From NCBI RefSeq assembly GCF_006345805.1, contig NC_043010.1, positions 3,844,001 through 3,908,000 on the forward strand: a stretch of 64,000 nt of DNA, in the 5' to 3' direction. The notes below the pieces were generated by a model. The model ran no database searches. It saw only the letters and a list, made by a program, of their open reading frames with translations, and was not told the DNA's origin. This document shows, piece after piece, positions 39,170 to 53,510 of this stretch. The translations under genes and the position numbers were made by a program. Source of the DNA: Octopus sinensis. Its lineage: Eukaryota. Each line of letters starts with the position of its first letter. Positions within the stretch are counted from its first letter, which is position 1.

Positions 39170-40120
39170 AGTTAACTTTATGAGGATGATGATTTTGATG
39201 CATTTGTAAGTTAAATTCCTAAGCACTTTTAGAACTTCAACTTATTCAATAATATTTTAGATGTTATGAGTATTTTCTATACACACAAATGATATTCACA
39301 CTTTTCACACCCATATGAGTTTACTGAACTTAGAATACCCCAGTTGAGTTTAAATTTGATGACCTTACACCTGAAGTTCCTTAGGTATTTTAAAAGTGAT
39401 GGTAAATTAGGGAAAGAGCAGTACTGCAACGAATACTTGATTTTAAACAAATAGGAGGTAAATCTATGTTGCCTAATCCCATCATGAGGAGTGACAGTAC
39501 CTCAATATCCAATAATTTTGTGTGAACAATATCCCTTAAGGAGATGACATTGACTGGCAATTCTACAAATACATCTACTTTTGATATTTTTCAGGTTGAT
39601 TTAACTATTAGTAGGTGATATTTGACATGGTGTGTTTGCAGTTGATAAGATACCTTTGTCTATATCAGATATGAATGATAGGTACTGTTATATCTTTGTA
39701 TTTTACTATCATTGCTATTAATACTAGACTTACTATTCTTGTAATTGTTATTCGTTTGTTTTACATAGGTATGTTTATTTCATATAGGAATCTTACTAGA
39801 ATCTGTCTCTGTTATCTTAAATGGCTGAATTCTAAAGTCATAGCTTCCATTATAATAATATATGATAAATACTTATTAGTTTTATCCTTAATGCCTCTGT
39901 TTAGTTTATTATAAAGATAACAGTGATATTAGCCAAATTTTGAGAAGTGGAGTAAGAAAGATTCATTGTCCAAAATTTAAAAATTTGGTTGCATTTATGC
40001 TGTATTGGGGAACTTCTTCCTAAGTACATTAAAAGATGCCTTAAGTATGCTAGTTTTAATTTAGGAGGTGCATTGAGGATTGTACCATATTACATTCCTC
40101 TTGCTCATTTTTTTTGTGCT
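39170..40120 (-). mobile_element. Penelope-like element fragment: post-RT region, Asn-rich linker, GIY-YIG C-terminus; decayed
   Basis: KRNVIWYNPQ, NLSYSTSQNLANI, RCICRIASQCHLLKG, FKLNWGILSSVNSY...HLCV*KILITSKILLNK. Confidence 0.75.
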
Positions 40121-40239
40121 CATCATACAAAAGTTTCTACTGTTCCCATTATTATTCTTTTCATTGTTGCGGTTGTTATTCAAAAGCTATCACATGTTGA
40201 TTTAATTATCAGGAATGCTATCCTGAGGTTGTTTTGACA

Positions 40240-40580
40240 AGTTTCTTTAAATCTCAAGAATCTTTCTTGCCGTACCATCCTGCGTTCTTACAGAATACAT
40301 GATGGTACTTCTCTGCAGGTCAACAATATCTCTCAATTACAATGTGTTTTAGTCTCTTAGATATCAGTTTAGATGTTGTTTTTGAGTGCACTAATTACCA
40401 CAGAAATGATCTTTGCCTTTGTGTCCCACAATCTCCCCATTTCTCTGATTAGGTCCTGGTATTTCTCAACTCCTCTATTTCTTTGTTATCCAATCTTTAT
40501 CATATGGTATTACAAAATCCATGATCTTGAATTATTTGTTATCATTAATATAGTGGTGAGCAGGAAGAATTGTTATGATG
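40240..40580 (-). mobile_element. R4/Dong-type LINE C-terminal restriction-like endonuclease fragment
   Basis: IMDFVIPYD, EKYQDLIREMGRLWDTKAKIISVVISAL, LQRST...TARKIL. Confidence 0.75.
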
Positions 40581-40794
40581 TCTGATAAAATGCTTTACAG
40601 TATTCATTGTAGCTCTTTATATTCTGAGTTCAAACCACACCTACGTCGACTTTGCCTTTCATTCTTCTGATAAACTAAAATACAAGTACAGGGATCAATG
40701 GTATTACCTAATCTCCTCTTGTCAAAATTGCAGGCGTTATGCCTAAGTCAGAAACCAATTATTCTATTCTTGCTCTGTCGCTCTGTCTCCCTCC

Positions 40795-40832
<38 letters not shown>

Positions 40833-41724
40833 TACTCACATACACACACTCATGTGTGTGCACATGTACATGATTTTGATTTGTAGTGGCAAATAAATAA
40901 TAGTAAAGATTTGAATATTGGTAATATCCCATCAGTGATCACAATTCCTGAACTAAGTTGCAGTAAGAATTGGCCATAAGCAAAAATGTTATCTCCAATT
41001 TGTGTGCCTGTGTTTGTGCATGTATATATTTAAGAATGTGAACATATAGTTATGTATGTTTGTGCGTGTAGATATATATATGCATTTTGTACAAAAGACA
41101 AATAGTCCAATTGGACTAAAGTTACGATGTTACTAAACATGTTCCCATAATCACACTGACACACAAACTTCAGAAACAATCTTATTTATTTAATATGGAA
41201 GTTCATTTTCTACAAGTGCATGATTTTGTACAGAGATGATGAAAAATATCATTTTAAGATTATCAATACTGAAAGTATAATAATGAAAAACAAATTATTT
41301 ACAGAAATAGTTCATCTATATTAAAATATCATTTTCCAACAGGAAACAAGATTTTACAGGTCTCTTCCTATAATTTAATAATAGTTAAAAAAAAATGGAT
41401 TCAGTTTCATCTCAGGTCCAGACTTTATGTTTATGTTGGTCATGTGTTTTATTCTTAAGAATTGGTAGTCAAGAGTGAAACTGACTGAGAAATGTAGAGA
41501 GTGAAGAAAAAATTCCTCAATTAACTTTGTGGAGATTGCATCAAATTAGTTGTGGTAAATTAATCAATCACTTTATCTTGAAGGTAAATATCTCCTTTGC
41601 AAACTCACAATTAATGAAGCCTTGATTTGAAATCAATACTCTAGCATATGTGGATGATAGATCCTAATAAGCGATTGCTTTAGATTGTCATACAGCAGTT
41701 TTCCTTTTTTGTAAATCATATATC

Positions 41725-41830
41725 TGTAATCAGTTTTGATGTGGGAGAGAAAAATGTAATCAGTTTTGATGTGGGAGAGAAAAATGTAATCAGTTTTGAT
41801 GTGGGAGAGAAAAATGTAATCAGTTTTGAT
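41725..41830. repeat. Perfect 30-bp minisatellite x3.5
   Basis: Unit TGTAATCAGTTTTGATGTGGGAGAGAAAAA. Confidence 0.97.
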
Positions 41831-42194
41831 TTAGTGACAAATTGTGATCCTTTGCTTCTTGATCCTATCAATGATTTCATGGGGTGTCCATTTGCTTAAT
41901 TTATTTCCCTTTTATGTTTGGTGCAAAATAGGTGAAATACCTTCATTACTAATGTAAGAATTTCTGTGAAATCTTCTTAAAGTCTTTATACAAAATGACT
42001 TATCTGTCTGTTCATATGTATGTGTGTGTGTATGTGTGTTTGCATGTGTTCTGTATTTATACTTAGGTATAAGTATATACATACATATACATATATGTAC
42101 ATATGCAAATATATGTGCGTGTTCAAGTGGTTTTGTGTGTGTGTGTATGCACGTACACACACATCCATTTGTACATACAGAAGCATATATATGT

Positions 42195-42226
<32 letters not shown>

Positions 42227-43279
42227 ACACATATTTTTCTGGAGAGCAGTAAATTTGTGTTGATGAATGTAATCAAGCAGAATGTAATTAACAGTTTCAG
42301 TTTCATTATTCTTCTAAGCTGAAAAAATTTAGTAAATGTATCCACACTTATCTTGGTTCGTACTGATATATCCCTTACAATCTTTGTTTCCTATAGAATG
42401 TTGCAGAAGGGATTGGATTGAGAATATTGATTCAGCTTTATGAGTTTAAAGCCCTTGATAAGGCAGAATTTTGTTTATTGGAATGTTCCATTTTTCAGGT
42501 TTCAGATAACGTCAGACTACTACAGCATCTGTTTGGAAGCCTCTTTCAATCACCTATTAGATAGGCCATAGTTTACCTTGATGCCATTTCTCTACATGAC
42601 TGTAGAACTATTTCTTGTGGAAGTTTGGCATTTCTGGAAATGTTCCTTCAGTTTTGACATGGTGGACTCGATGGTAGTTTATGTGAACGTTGTGGTTGTC
42701 AAGGTAACGAGTGCTTCTGAAAACAAAATGGAGGAATAAAAGGTGGTGGCATAAAAAAAAAAAGGTGACTAATGGAATTCATTTAGTATTTGAAGCTCAT
42801 GTTAGCTGATTTGACTTGAATTAGATCTAAAGGTGAACAAGATATTGGTGCATTATGACTATCCACATTGGCTAAACAGTTAGATATGACTAGCACCTGC
42901 ATACGTTTCATAAAATATTATTGCTGGGGTATAGTTTGGTTACTTGGCATATTTTGTAGAATGGGCAATTAACTTGAGTCAGAGTATCTCTCCATTGTCA
43001 ATATATGTAATCTTACATACTGTGAGTGAAGTCTTTTACCTTATTCTACAAGATATTACCTGTAGCATTCTAATGGAGGTTGTCCAAATGAACATGGAAT
43101 TCATTTTGTTGGCAACTCTGATGTACCTCCTCCAAATTTAGTTGTTATCGTTTCCTCTTAGTTGAGATTATATCTATATCTTTTCTATCTATTAAACCAA
43201 ACTGAAAGGCAGCATGTGAATGAAACAGGCATGACTAAAATCAAATTTCTACAAACCTATATACTATCTTTTAGGTATA

Positions 43280-43500
43280 TTGATTTCAAATTTTGGAACA
43301 AGGCCAGCAATTCCGGGAGAGGGGGGGGGAGGTCGATTGCATTGATTTCAGGGCTCAACTAGAACTTATTTCATCAATCCCGAGTGGATGAAAGGCAAAG
43401 TCGACCTTGGTGGAATTTGAACTCAGAATATAAAGCTAGATGTTAAGCATTTTGCTTGGTATGCTAATAACTCTACCATTTTGTTGCCGTAATCTTTTAG
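43280..43500 (-). mobile_element. SINE family C
   Basis: ggatgaaaggcaaagtcgacc...ggaatttgaactcagaa. Confidence 0.8.
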
Positions 43501-43890
43501 ACGTATTGAAAAGAGAAAACGCAACAAAATTAATTGGCTATGTCTGACTGTTAAGAAAAAAAAGTCTCTTACTAACTCATTTAAATGAAATGGAAAATTA
43601 TTGAAAAATGTAAAACTTTACAAGAATAAAAGCAAAAATGTTATCATTGTACAGCAGAGCAAAGAAAAGTTCCAAAAAGAAGGCATATATCACCAGATCA
43701 GAAATATCTAAGAGATTAAGACACTTAGAGGAGCATCTGTTATAGAATTGTGTTACATCACCTTTACCTGATTAATAAAAAATGGACAGGTATGCGCTTG
43801 TGCACCTTTTATATTTTTCCTCATTTCGCTAACCTTATTCTTTTTTTTTTTCTCATTTTCACCCTTTTCTATATTTGTTTTTTTCCCCAG

Positions 43891-43915
43891 TACCCTCACT
43901 CTTCTCCTACAGCTG
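43891..43915 (+). CDS. Candidate 25-nt microexon
   Basis: CGCTAAC branch motif at 43827, ~55-nt polypyrimidine tract, CCCCAG acceptor, CTG|GTATGT donor; open in all frames. Confidence 0.35.
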
Positions 43916-44814
43916 GTATGTTTTAATACTGATAAAGTTGATGTTTCTATCCCTTTTAAGACTATATTTCATATATTTTTTCTAGCTTTGATTTTTCGCT
44001 ATTACATTCTCTTATTTTACTATACTGCTTACATCAACATACAAGATGTTTCAAATGAAAGATCTAATTTTGACCATCTCAGAATTATATGCCTTTATAG
44101 AAGCAGAAGTAGTTTATTTTTTCATAAGATTTCAAAATTTGATTTACAGATCAGGCCTATTGAAGTGCTTTATTGCATACAATGATTAATACTCTAAAGT
44201 AGAGAGTTTGCAATTTGTAGTTTCTCTCTGTCTGTCTCTTTCTCTCTCTCACTCATATATATATATTTTGATGCACAATATATGGATTATGTAACTATAA
44301 TATTCTATAGATCTGAAGAGTTAGCCTTCTATATTTGTACTAGCTGGTAAAATGTACGACAGAACTGTGCAGTTCATGACATACACACTAGTGCAAACAC
44401 GTGAAATAATTTGTTATACACTACAATCGATTATCTTTCCATGATGCTGGTTGTAAAATGATAATAACCTCGTGGATATCAACGGGTGAAGTAAATGTAT
44501 TCATCTCATTTCTCCTAACTTCCTTTATCTTATACACACACACACACACACACATATGGTATTGCATTCCTTTATTAGTTTCAGGTATTAGACTGTGGCT
44601 GTGCTGGGTCACTGACTTCAAAGTTTTAGTCCATTATATCATTACTAGTGCTTTGTCTTTACTTTTTTTATTTACTTTTATTTACTGTACCTTTGTCATC
44701 TCCAAAGAAAAGTTATTGATCTTGCTCTAAATGATGATAACTTGACAGGAACTAAATGTTGCTAAGTATTTTTTATCTCATAAACACATTTTGTCCACTG
44801 CATGCTGATTCAAA

Positions 44815-44864
<50 letters not shown>

Positions 44865-44924
44865 ACACACATTCATCTAGTGAATTTCAATACAGTTTCA
44901 ATATACCGGGTTCACTTACATGGA

Positions 44925-45250
44925 ACAGCCTGCTCGTGAAATTAACGTGTAAGTGGCTGAGCATTCCACAGACACGTGGACCCTTAATGTAGTTCTCAGG
45001 GATATTCAGCATGACACAGAGTGACAAGGCCGGCCCTTTGAAATACAGGTACAACAGAAACAGGAAGTAAGAGTGAGAGAAAGTTGTGGTGAAAGAATAC
45101 AGCAGGGATCACCACCATCCCCTGCCGGAGCCTCGTGGAGCTTTAGGTGTTTTCACTCAATAAACACTCACAACGCCCGGTCTGGGAATTGAAACTGCGA
45201 TCCTACGACCGTGAGTCCGCTGCCCTAACCACTGGGCCATTGCGCCTCCA
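44925..45250 (-). mobile_element. tRNA-derived SINE family D
   Basis: Minus-strand head tggaggcgcaatggcccagtggttagggcagcggactc; tail shared with 28145-28432. Confidence 0.85.
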
Positions 45251-46919
45251 CTTCACTTCACTTACAAGGGTTTGTTCAACCTAAGGTTTTGGTATAAGAC
45301 ACTACCCAAATCTTTATGCAGCAGGTTCAGCTTTTGAACCAAACTGAAATTCTTAATTCCACATTGATGTTAGCATCAACAAACAAATTCGTGTGTGTAT
45401 ATATGTGTGTCTATGTATTTATCTGTCTATTTGTCTGTCTGTGTGCATACACACACACACACACAGATATATATATATATATATATATATGTACATACAC
45501 ACACATACATACATACTTATAGATAGATAGATATAGATATAGGTATGGAGTAGAAGTGCTAAGTAATGACATGTATAAATACAAACTTATCAGTTTGAAT
45601 ATGCTTGGGGCATATTCAAACCCATAACAAAGCCACACACACACACAAACATACACACACACACACATACACACACTCACACACACACACACACACAAAC
45701 ATATATTTTATATGCAGCTATTTATTATATGATGAATAAAATTATGAAACAGATGTAAATGAATGGAATAAACATTTACTCTCTCACCTCATTTCTCTTA
45801 TGTGTTCTATATATTTGTGTGTACACGTAAATACCCAGGAATTAAAAAATTGCACTTTCTACAATTCAGGCCTGTTTTGAAACTAAAGCTCTCACATGTG
45901 ATAAATATATGTTATAAGTATTTTATTATTCTATTTCCCCATTACATTATATTTTGACCAAACTGAAATCATAATTCAGTTGAAGGCACACTTTGTGAAG
46001 ATTGGAACTGATATAGGTTAACTGTCACCATTATAGTCATGGTTTTCTTTGACATGTCAGTAATATTGCTCTGCAGATTACACTAAACATAAAGGAAAAT
46101 GTTTCCTTTGGCTTTTGTAGTGACTGACAGTCGGGTTGATTTGTCATAAACACATACCAGTTATACTTGCATTGGTGCTGTTACTGACAGCTTTGTACGT
46201 TTTGCCATCAGATTTTGGAATATTTTATTGACAGATTTTTTGAGGTTTTTTTAACCAGATATATATACCTGAGAGAGGGAGAGAGAGGGAGAGAGATTTT
46301 TAAAAAAGTATCAAGTTGTCTCATGTCTGAGTTTTACTAGGACAAAGAAAAGTGCAATTTCTGATGCTTATGTCTAACCAAAGGTAATTAGAATCCAAAG
46401 TAAGTGTTTCTGAAACGTACTTTAGCCTTTGAAATGGGTAATATGGAAGTTTTGATGAAGTTAATTGCCAAATGAACATATTTTTATATTTGGTTGGAAT
46501 GTTATATCTCTTTGATTGAAGAGTAATAATGAAGGTATTGTATTTTAAAAGTTTAATCTCATTGCCTGCCCATGCATACATAAAGCATCAACTTTTTAAA
46601 GTGTATGCCAAAATCTTACTTCCAACTAAAATTTTTCAGTTTTCTGGGGTTTTCTCTCTTTTGCTTTATAGCAACTTACACAGAAATCTGTGTAAAATAT
46701 CAAACATAATGTGTACTATTCAGATTGCATTGAAATTTGAAAATTCTTCACTAACTACTTCAATGTGATTTATACACCACATATTTCCTGTTCAAGGAGT
46801 GTTCATAAATAAGCCTCCTTTACAAATAAATCTTGCTGGATATGAACTAATATACACTTTGAAACAACAAACTAACTACCTAAATAAATATATACAAAAA
46901 AACGACAAACATCAACCAT

Positions 46920-47166
<247 letters not shown>

Positions 47167-47211
47167 TCAGTTATTCTATTGAAGTATGTTCGTGCCGAGA
47201 TAATACAAAAT

Positions 47212-47372
47212 ACATTTTTGTTTATAGGAGTAATGTTTAGATACACTAGCTGCTCCTTGTGGAACCACTACAAATCCCTTATTCAATTAGCAGCAGATTA
47301 TTTTTTTAGACAGAAGAGAATTTTCTTCCCTTTATATTCCTGGTCATTCTATTGGTATTTGCTAATCAAAGC
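47212..47372 (+). repeat. ~160-bp block duplicated at ~48560-48718
   Basis: ttttgtttataggagtaatg...ttgctaatcaaagct nearly identical in both positions. Confidence 0.92.
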
Positions 47373-47573
47373 TGGCATTGTGGGAGAAGATATATTGTCC
47401 ATATCACTTTTGCCTCCAGTGGTAACATGTGGTCCTTTGTTCTACTGGGTTCTTGCTGATAAGCATTAATGTGTATTAGTGTACATGTGGAACATACATA
47501 CACACTGATATAAATATGTGTGTATGTGTATATATATATACACATATATATTTACATACATGTATGTATATGT

Positions 47574-47619
<46 letters not shown>

Positions 47620-47927
47620 ACGTGTGGAAAAGTGGGCATTAAAACAATGATAACACGCATCCACAAGCACATATTTGCATACATGTGTGCATGCATTTCA
47701 TTTTTTTTACTCAGAGGTAGTTATTGTAATTATGTGTGCCACATTCTCTCTATCAAAGAGGTAGAAAAATGGGAATAGTGTATGCACACACACACACACA
47801 CACACACGTACATGCATATGTATGCACAAAATGCATCTATGCAAATAATCAGTAGAACAATAAACCAGATGTTACCAATAGAGGTGGATATTATAAGGAT
47901 ATTATTTTCATATATATATATACACAC

Positions 47928-47982
<55 letters not shown>

Positions 47983-48413
47983 CAATCACCCCCATATAGG
48001 GGATTGTGTATGTGTGTGTGTGGGTGGGTGCAATTTTATAATTATCTTAATATGAAGATTAAGAAGACCAGTCGCACAATAAAGAACTCAGTTTGTAAAT
48101 GTAGACTAAAAATACTTTTTTTTTACCATGTGTGTCCCATGATGCTGTTAATCTAAATCTACTCTATCACTTTGAACTGTGCTGCTTGTGTCTAAATATA
48201 GTAGGTGTGTCTTAGAGAAAGACACAGAGGGAGAGAAAGATAAAGAGCCAGGTTGGGAGAGCATAAAGAAGGAAGAGAGATAATATTAGACTGAAAATTC
48301 TAATTTAGCTTCTGCCAATTCTAGTCCTTCAAATTTAATCCTGTGTTTCTTGGGCTTTTGCGCATACATGTTCATATACATGTATACACACACACTCAAT
48401 CTTTCTCTCTCTT

Positions 48414-48450
<37 letters not shown>

Positions 48451-48819
48451 ATGGAAAAAAAACATATCGCATTGGGTTTGATCTCACTTTATAACACTTG
48501 CTAGACAATGTATCCTTTGCTATTTTCCTGGGCTGACTGATGTCCTTGGAGTGAAATTTTTGTTTATAGGAGTAATGTTTAGATACACTAGCTGCTCCTT
48601 GTGGAACCACTACAAATCCCTTATTCAATTAGCAGCAGATTATTTTTTTTTAGACAGAAGAGAATTTTCTTCTTTTTATATTCCTGGTCATTCTATTGGT
48701 ATTTGCTAATCAAAGCTAGCTTTTTCTATGTTTTTTTTTTCTCTCTCTCTCACACACACATGCACAAATGTATATATATATATAATCACCATCACCATCT
48801 TCCACACACACACGCATGC

Positions 48820-48823
48820 ACAA

Positions 48824-48910
<87 letters not shown>
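48820..48910. repeat. (TA)n microsatellite
   Basis: Direct inspection. Confidence 0.95.
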
Positions 48911-48912
<2 letters not shown>

Positions 48913-49676
48913 CACCATCTTCAACAACATTTTAATGTCCACTTTTCAAAACTTGTGTGGGTTAAATATAACAGTTTGAGGCAGACGTTCTTGACTGGAC
49001 CCTTTTTTCAACTTGACAAATCCTCTTATGTTTACTCAAGTTACAAACAATGAACAACTCAGTGGGTAAACATGTTTTCATGGTAGATTGCAAACATATT
49101 CTACCAATTGTATGAAGAGGGACTTTGTGTCTTTCCAGTTTTTTGACATATGCACAATGATTGTGAACAAACACAACACTTTCTGTCTGTCTGTCTGTCT
49201 GTCTTGCTACCTCTCTCACCCACACACTCACATGCACACATAATGGGCTTCTTACAGTTTCTATCTGCCAAATTCGATCACAAGGCATTTGTCATGGCTG
49301 TGAAGCAAACTTCCTAACCAGACTGCTATATACCCGTGTGCATACATATCTATGTGTGTGTGTAAGGTTTGTGGGAAGGTGCCGCTATCTGCATGTCTTT
49401 ACATTATCACCGTATGAGCAAAACCACTTGTTTACATCTCCTGTAAACAATACATGTAGTAGTTTTAATATACATAAACAGACCAGTGAAATAAATGATA
49501 CAAATCTTGAAGAACAAGTCAGTGTTGGCAACAGAAAGACCCCAGACTCATGCAACTCATATTATCAGGGAGAAGCCATACATAAGAATTGATGATGATG
49601 TTGTATTGACATTTAGCCCTCATCTTTATCATTGTGCCTCTGATCATATTTACCATTAGCTAACCCCCACTTTTTG

Positions 49677-49985
49677 TGGAAGCACATGGCCTAGTGGTTA
49701 GAGCAGTGGACTCATGGCCGAGGTATCGCGGGTTCGAATCTCAGACCGGACAATGTGTGTATTTATGAGCAAAACACCTCAGCTCCATGCGGCTCCGGCA
49801 GAAGGTAATGGCGAAACTTCTGCTGACTCTTTCGCCACAACTTTCTCTCACTCTTTCCTCCTGCATCTTGCAGCTCACCTGTGATGGACCGGCATCCTGT
49901 CCAGGTGGGGAACATCTACACCAAGAAACCAGGAAACCGGCCCTTATGAGCCTGGCATGGCTTGAGAAGGAACAAACAACAAAAC
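49677..49985 (+). mobile_element. tRNA-derived SINE with a family D head and a different 3' tail
   Basis: A-box TGGCCTAGTGG, B-box GGTTCGAATCT; similar to the 44925-45250 copy up to actttctctcactct, then diverges. Confidence 0.8.
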
Positions 49986-51409
49986 CCATACGTTTTCCCC
50001 ATTCACTAAATTCACTCTCACCCTCCCATAGCTTTTACTCACCCACTGTTCCTGATATTCTATCTGTGTACTCTCTTTTTAACACTTTCAGTATCTTGTG
50101 GATATGCTCTGATACCTCATCGCTATTATCTTTGTTTCTTTTTCCATTTCCATTTCCACCCTATCTACTCTCACCCACCCATATATAATGTAGGATATTC
50201 ATGACTCTCCTCCTCTGCAACAAACCAGCTCCTGTCCTTCCTATCATACTTTAATGCTTCAACACTCATATAAAGCTACCCCACCCTCTACTATTCTCCT
50301 TGCCATCCAAAAGACTCTTTATTCATGCAAGCTACTAGGCAACCTCATAAGTGGTGGTACCTTGAAAAATGCACTCAGCATACTCTGTACAATGGTTGGC
50401 ATTAGGAAGGTCATCCTGCTGTAAAAGCCATTCTTAAACTGAAACATTAGAGCATGATGCGGTCCTCTGATCCAGTGGCTCACATCCTGTTGAGTAAACC
50501 AACCCATGCCACAGCATGGATAACACATGATAGGTAATGATATATACATAAATAAGATATTTACACACATACATCCATACACAAACATATTCTGTGTCTG
50601 CATGCCTGCTTTTGTGTTCAACTCTTTCAGAGAAACCCAGTGTAGTCAGTAAAATATTTTGGCTAAGGTACTCTTAGGCATAAATCCTTTTGCTTGGTCT
50701 GTTTATGGGCTCAAGAAGTAGAAAAGTTTTGTTCCTTATCGCATCATCATTTAAAAAAAAAACCTTCTTATTAATGGAAGACAAACTATATGATAATACT
50801 GTGCATGCAGGAAAAACAGATATTCATGAAAATGAATGCACCTGCATATGTACACACATAGACAAACAAGATATGTCAGACACACACATTTGATAGAAAA
50901 TGTGCATTCACAAACTTACTTTTACATTATCTTTAAAGAGCTAATTTCTGTTCTATGCAATTTTAAAACTTATGAATCAAATTTGTTTTCAAAGTTATAG
51001 CTGAAAATAAAATAACAACAAAAAAAACTAAAAAAAAATTTGCATTTCATGCTCTTTCTCTCTCTCTCTCTCTCTTTCTCTCTCCCTTTCTTTCTCTTTC
51101 TCTCTCTTGCATATCCATGTTTTTATGCTGATTGTAAACAATAGCTTATATATATCCTAGGAAAAGTTCCTAGCATATGGATATGTAACTATATGTGGAT
51201 TGTTGGTGATTGTGTTTTTTTCTCCGTCTTCCTTTTCTCTTGGACTTTCCTCTGTATCCTGTTTCTGAAGTAGATCTTTGCTTGAAACATAAAACACCCT
51301 TTTTTTTCCCTTCCGTGAACATCTTATTAATACTTCACAAGTACCACGTACTTGCAATGTTTTTCTTGTTGTTTTTTTTCAGTTTTTATGTGTATAAATA
51401 TATATAAAG

Positions 51410-51451
<42 letters not shown>

Positions 51452-51681
51452 CTCTTTTTACTAATAGTTCTTCTTGCCATCTCTCCATCTTATGATAGAG
51501 AATCTTCATATATCTATCCTTACACACACTTTTTAAAATTAATCTATTCTGAGTGGGGCTTCTCCCACTCACTCCAGAATTTTCTTACATATATATATAC
51601 GCATTTTCATTGGAAGTGCTTTTCTATGTATGTACATAAATGTGAATGTTTTTCCAAATAAACTATACTTCATGTTTAAAG

Positions 51682-51744
51682 CTCCAGTGGGTAATACTCA
51701 AGCACTCAGCTATGAGTGCACTGCACCATATAGCAGAAACACCT
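51682..51744 (+). CDS. Candidate 63-nt coding exon (LQWVILKHSAMSALHHIAETP in phase 0)
   Basis: TTTAAAG acceptor, CCT|GTAAGC donor, two open frames; helical-repeat-like composition only. Confidence 0.25.
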
Positions 51745-51798
51745 GTAAGCTCATAAACATAATTGTTTATTTCCTTTGTCATCCCAATTTCTTATCTG

Positions 51799-51842
<44 letters not shown>

Positions 51843-52097
51843 TATTGTCTTTTATTTGTTTTAGCCATTAGACTGCAGCTATGCTGTTGTGGCAGTACCT
51901 TGAAGAATTTTTAGTCAAGTGAATTGACCCCACTGCTTATCTTTTTTGTTGCATCTGATCCTTATTCCATCAGTTTCTATTTTGCCAACTGCCAAGTCAC
52001 AGGGATGTAGACACATCAACACTTGTTAAGTAGTGGTGTGGTGTGGGACAAACATGGACATAAAGACACATACATGCACCCACACACATTTATATTT

Positions 52098-52325
52098 ATC
52101 ATCATCATTGTTTAACGTCCGCTTTCCATGCTAGCATGGGTTGGACGGTTCAACTGGGGTCTGTGAAGCCAGAAGGCTGCACCAGGCTCAGTCTGATCTG
52201 GCAGTGTTTCTACAGCTGGATGCCCTTCCTAATGCCAACCACTCCGTGAGTGTAGTGGGTGCTTTTTACATGCCACCGGCACAGGTGCCAGACAAGGCTG
52301 GCAAACAGCCACGATCGGATTGGTG
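52098..52325 (-). mobile_element. Family A RTE-tail element
   Basis: (CAT)n tail and core. Confidence 0.9.
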
Positions 52326-52349
52326 CTTTTTACGTGCCACCGGCAATCA

Positions 52350-53200
52350 AAATAATATATATATAATCATTTTTTCCTGTAAGACAGTTAGAATCTCATA
52401 TTCTACTCTCCTCAATATGGGTACCATCATAGCAAGGTTAAATAGAAAGAATATTAAATTCGCAAGAAGTGGTAATAAAAATAATGTTACTGTCAACATT
52501 AACTTAAACCCCTACAATGTGAATAATAATAATATTAATGGTGACATAGAAAATAGAACCAGCAGTACTAATGCTTCTAATATATACAATATAAACTGTA
52601 GCTCTGAGGTCTATACTAGCACAGGGATTACTGATATGCCTGATGATGCTGGGATGAATGTGAATGATACTACAATTGAAGGTTGGAGAGATAATACCAG
52701 ATATGAAAATAATACAAACAGTAGTATTAGCAGGATTAATATTAATAGTAATATTAATAATAATAATAATGGTATGAATATCAATAATATTAATAGTAGT
52801 AATTCTCCTAGTTGCAATTGTAGAGTTAAATCCCACTGTCCATTATTAGGCAAATGTCTAATCCAAAATGTAATCTATAAGTGTACAATCACAACTGTAT
52901 CTGGTAACTTTGTATATATAGAATGTTCAATAAATATGAAAAAAAAACCGTATTAATAACACATTTTTCATCTTTTAGGCTCAAACATAAGGCCAATTGT
53001 TTGTCCTTATCTAGTAAGATTTGGGAACTGAAGAAAAGCAGAATCGAATTTAGCCTTAAAGGGGATATTATAAGGAAAGCGCAGAGATAGTTGATATGGG
53101 TGCGAGCTGTGCTCTATGGAAACTTATGAAATTTTTAAGTATAGGGACAAGGGCAACCTGATTAATAATAGATTAGATCTAAGGCTATCATGCTTACATA
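52350..53200 (+). mobile_element. Penelope-like element fragment with Asn-rich linker and GIY-YIG domain; decayed
   Basis: KTVRISYSTLLNMGTII, CNCRVKSHCPLLGKCLIQNVIYKCTITT...VYI, LSSKIWELK. Confidence 0.82.
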
Positions 53201-53376
53201 GGGTCACCCGTACATATAAATATTTTCAAAATTAGCGTTTAAAGGGGCTACACTTGAACCTGGATAAGGGAAATTAATTTTTAATGTCATATCTGATGTG
53301 GACTTATCCCCTAGTATTATAAATAATAAGTTATATGTAAAGCGTGCTTCTTAACCACACAACCATGCTTCCGCCG

Positions 53377-53510
53377 AAGGGCATCCAGCTGTAGAAACAC
53401 TGCCAGATCAGACTGGAGCCTGGTGCAGCCTCCTGGCTTCCCAGATCCCCGGTCGAACCGTCCAACCCATGCTAGCATGGAGAACGGACGTTAAACGATG
53501 ATGATGATGA
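53377..53510 (+). mobile_element. Family A element, 3' part
   Basis: gaagggcatccagctgtagaaa through the (GAT)n tail. Confidence 0.9.

Noticed and set aside
41725-41830. 30-bp repeats as a possible CRISPR array
   Set aside because: Head-to-tail with no spacers, eukaryotic context, no cas genes.
49677-49750. tRNA-like sequence with A and B boxes
   Set aside because: SINE head; no complete cloverleaf and it continues into a SINE body.
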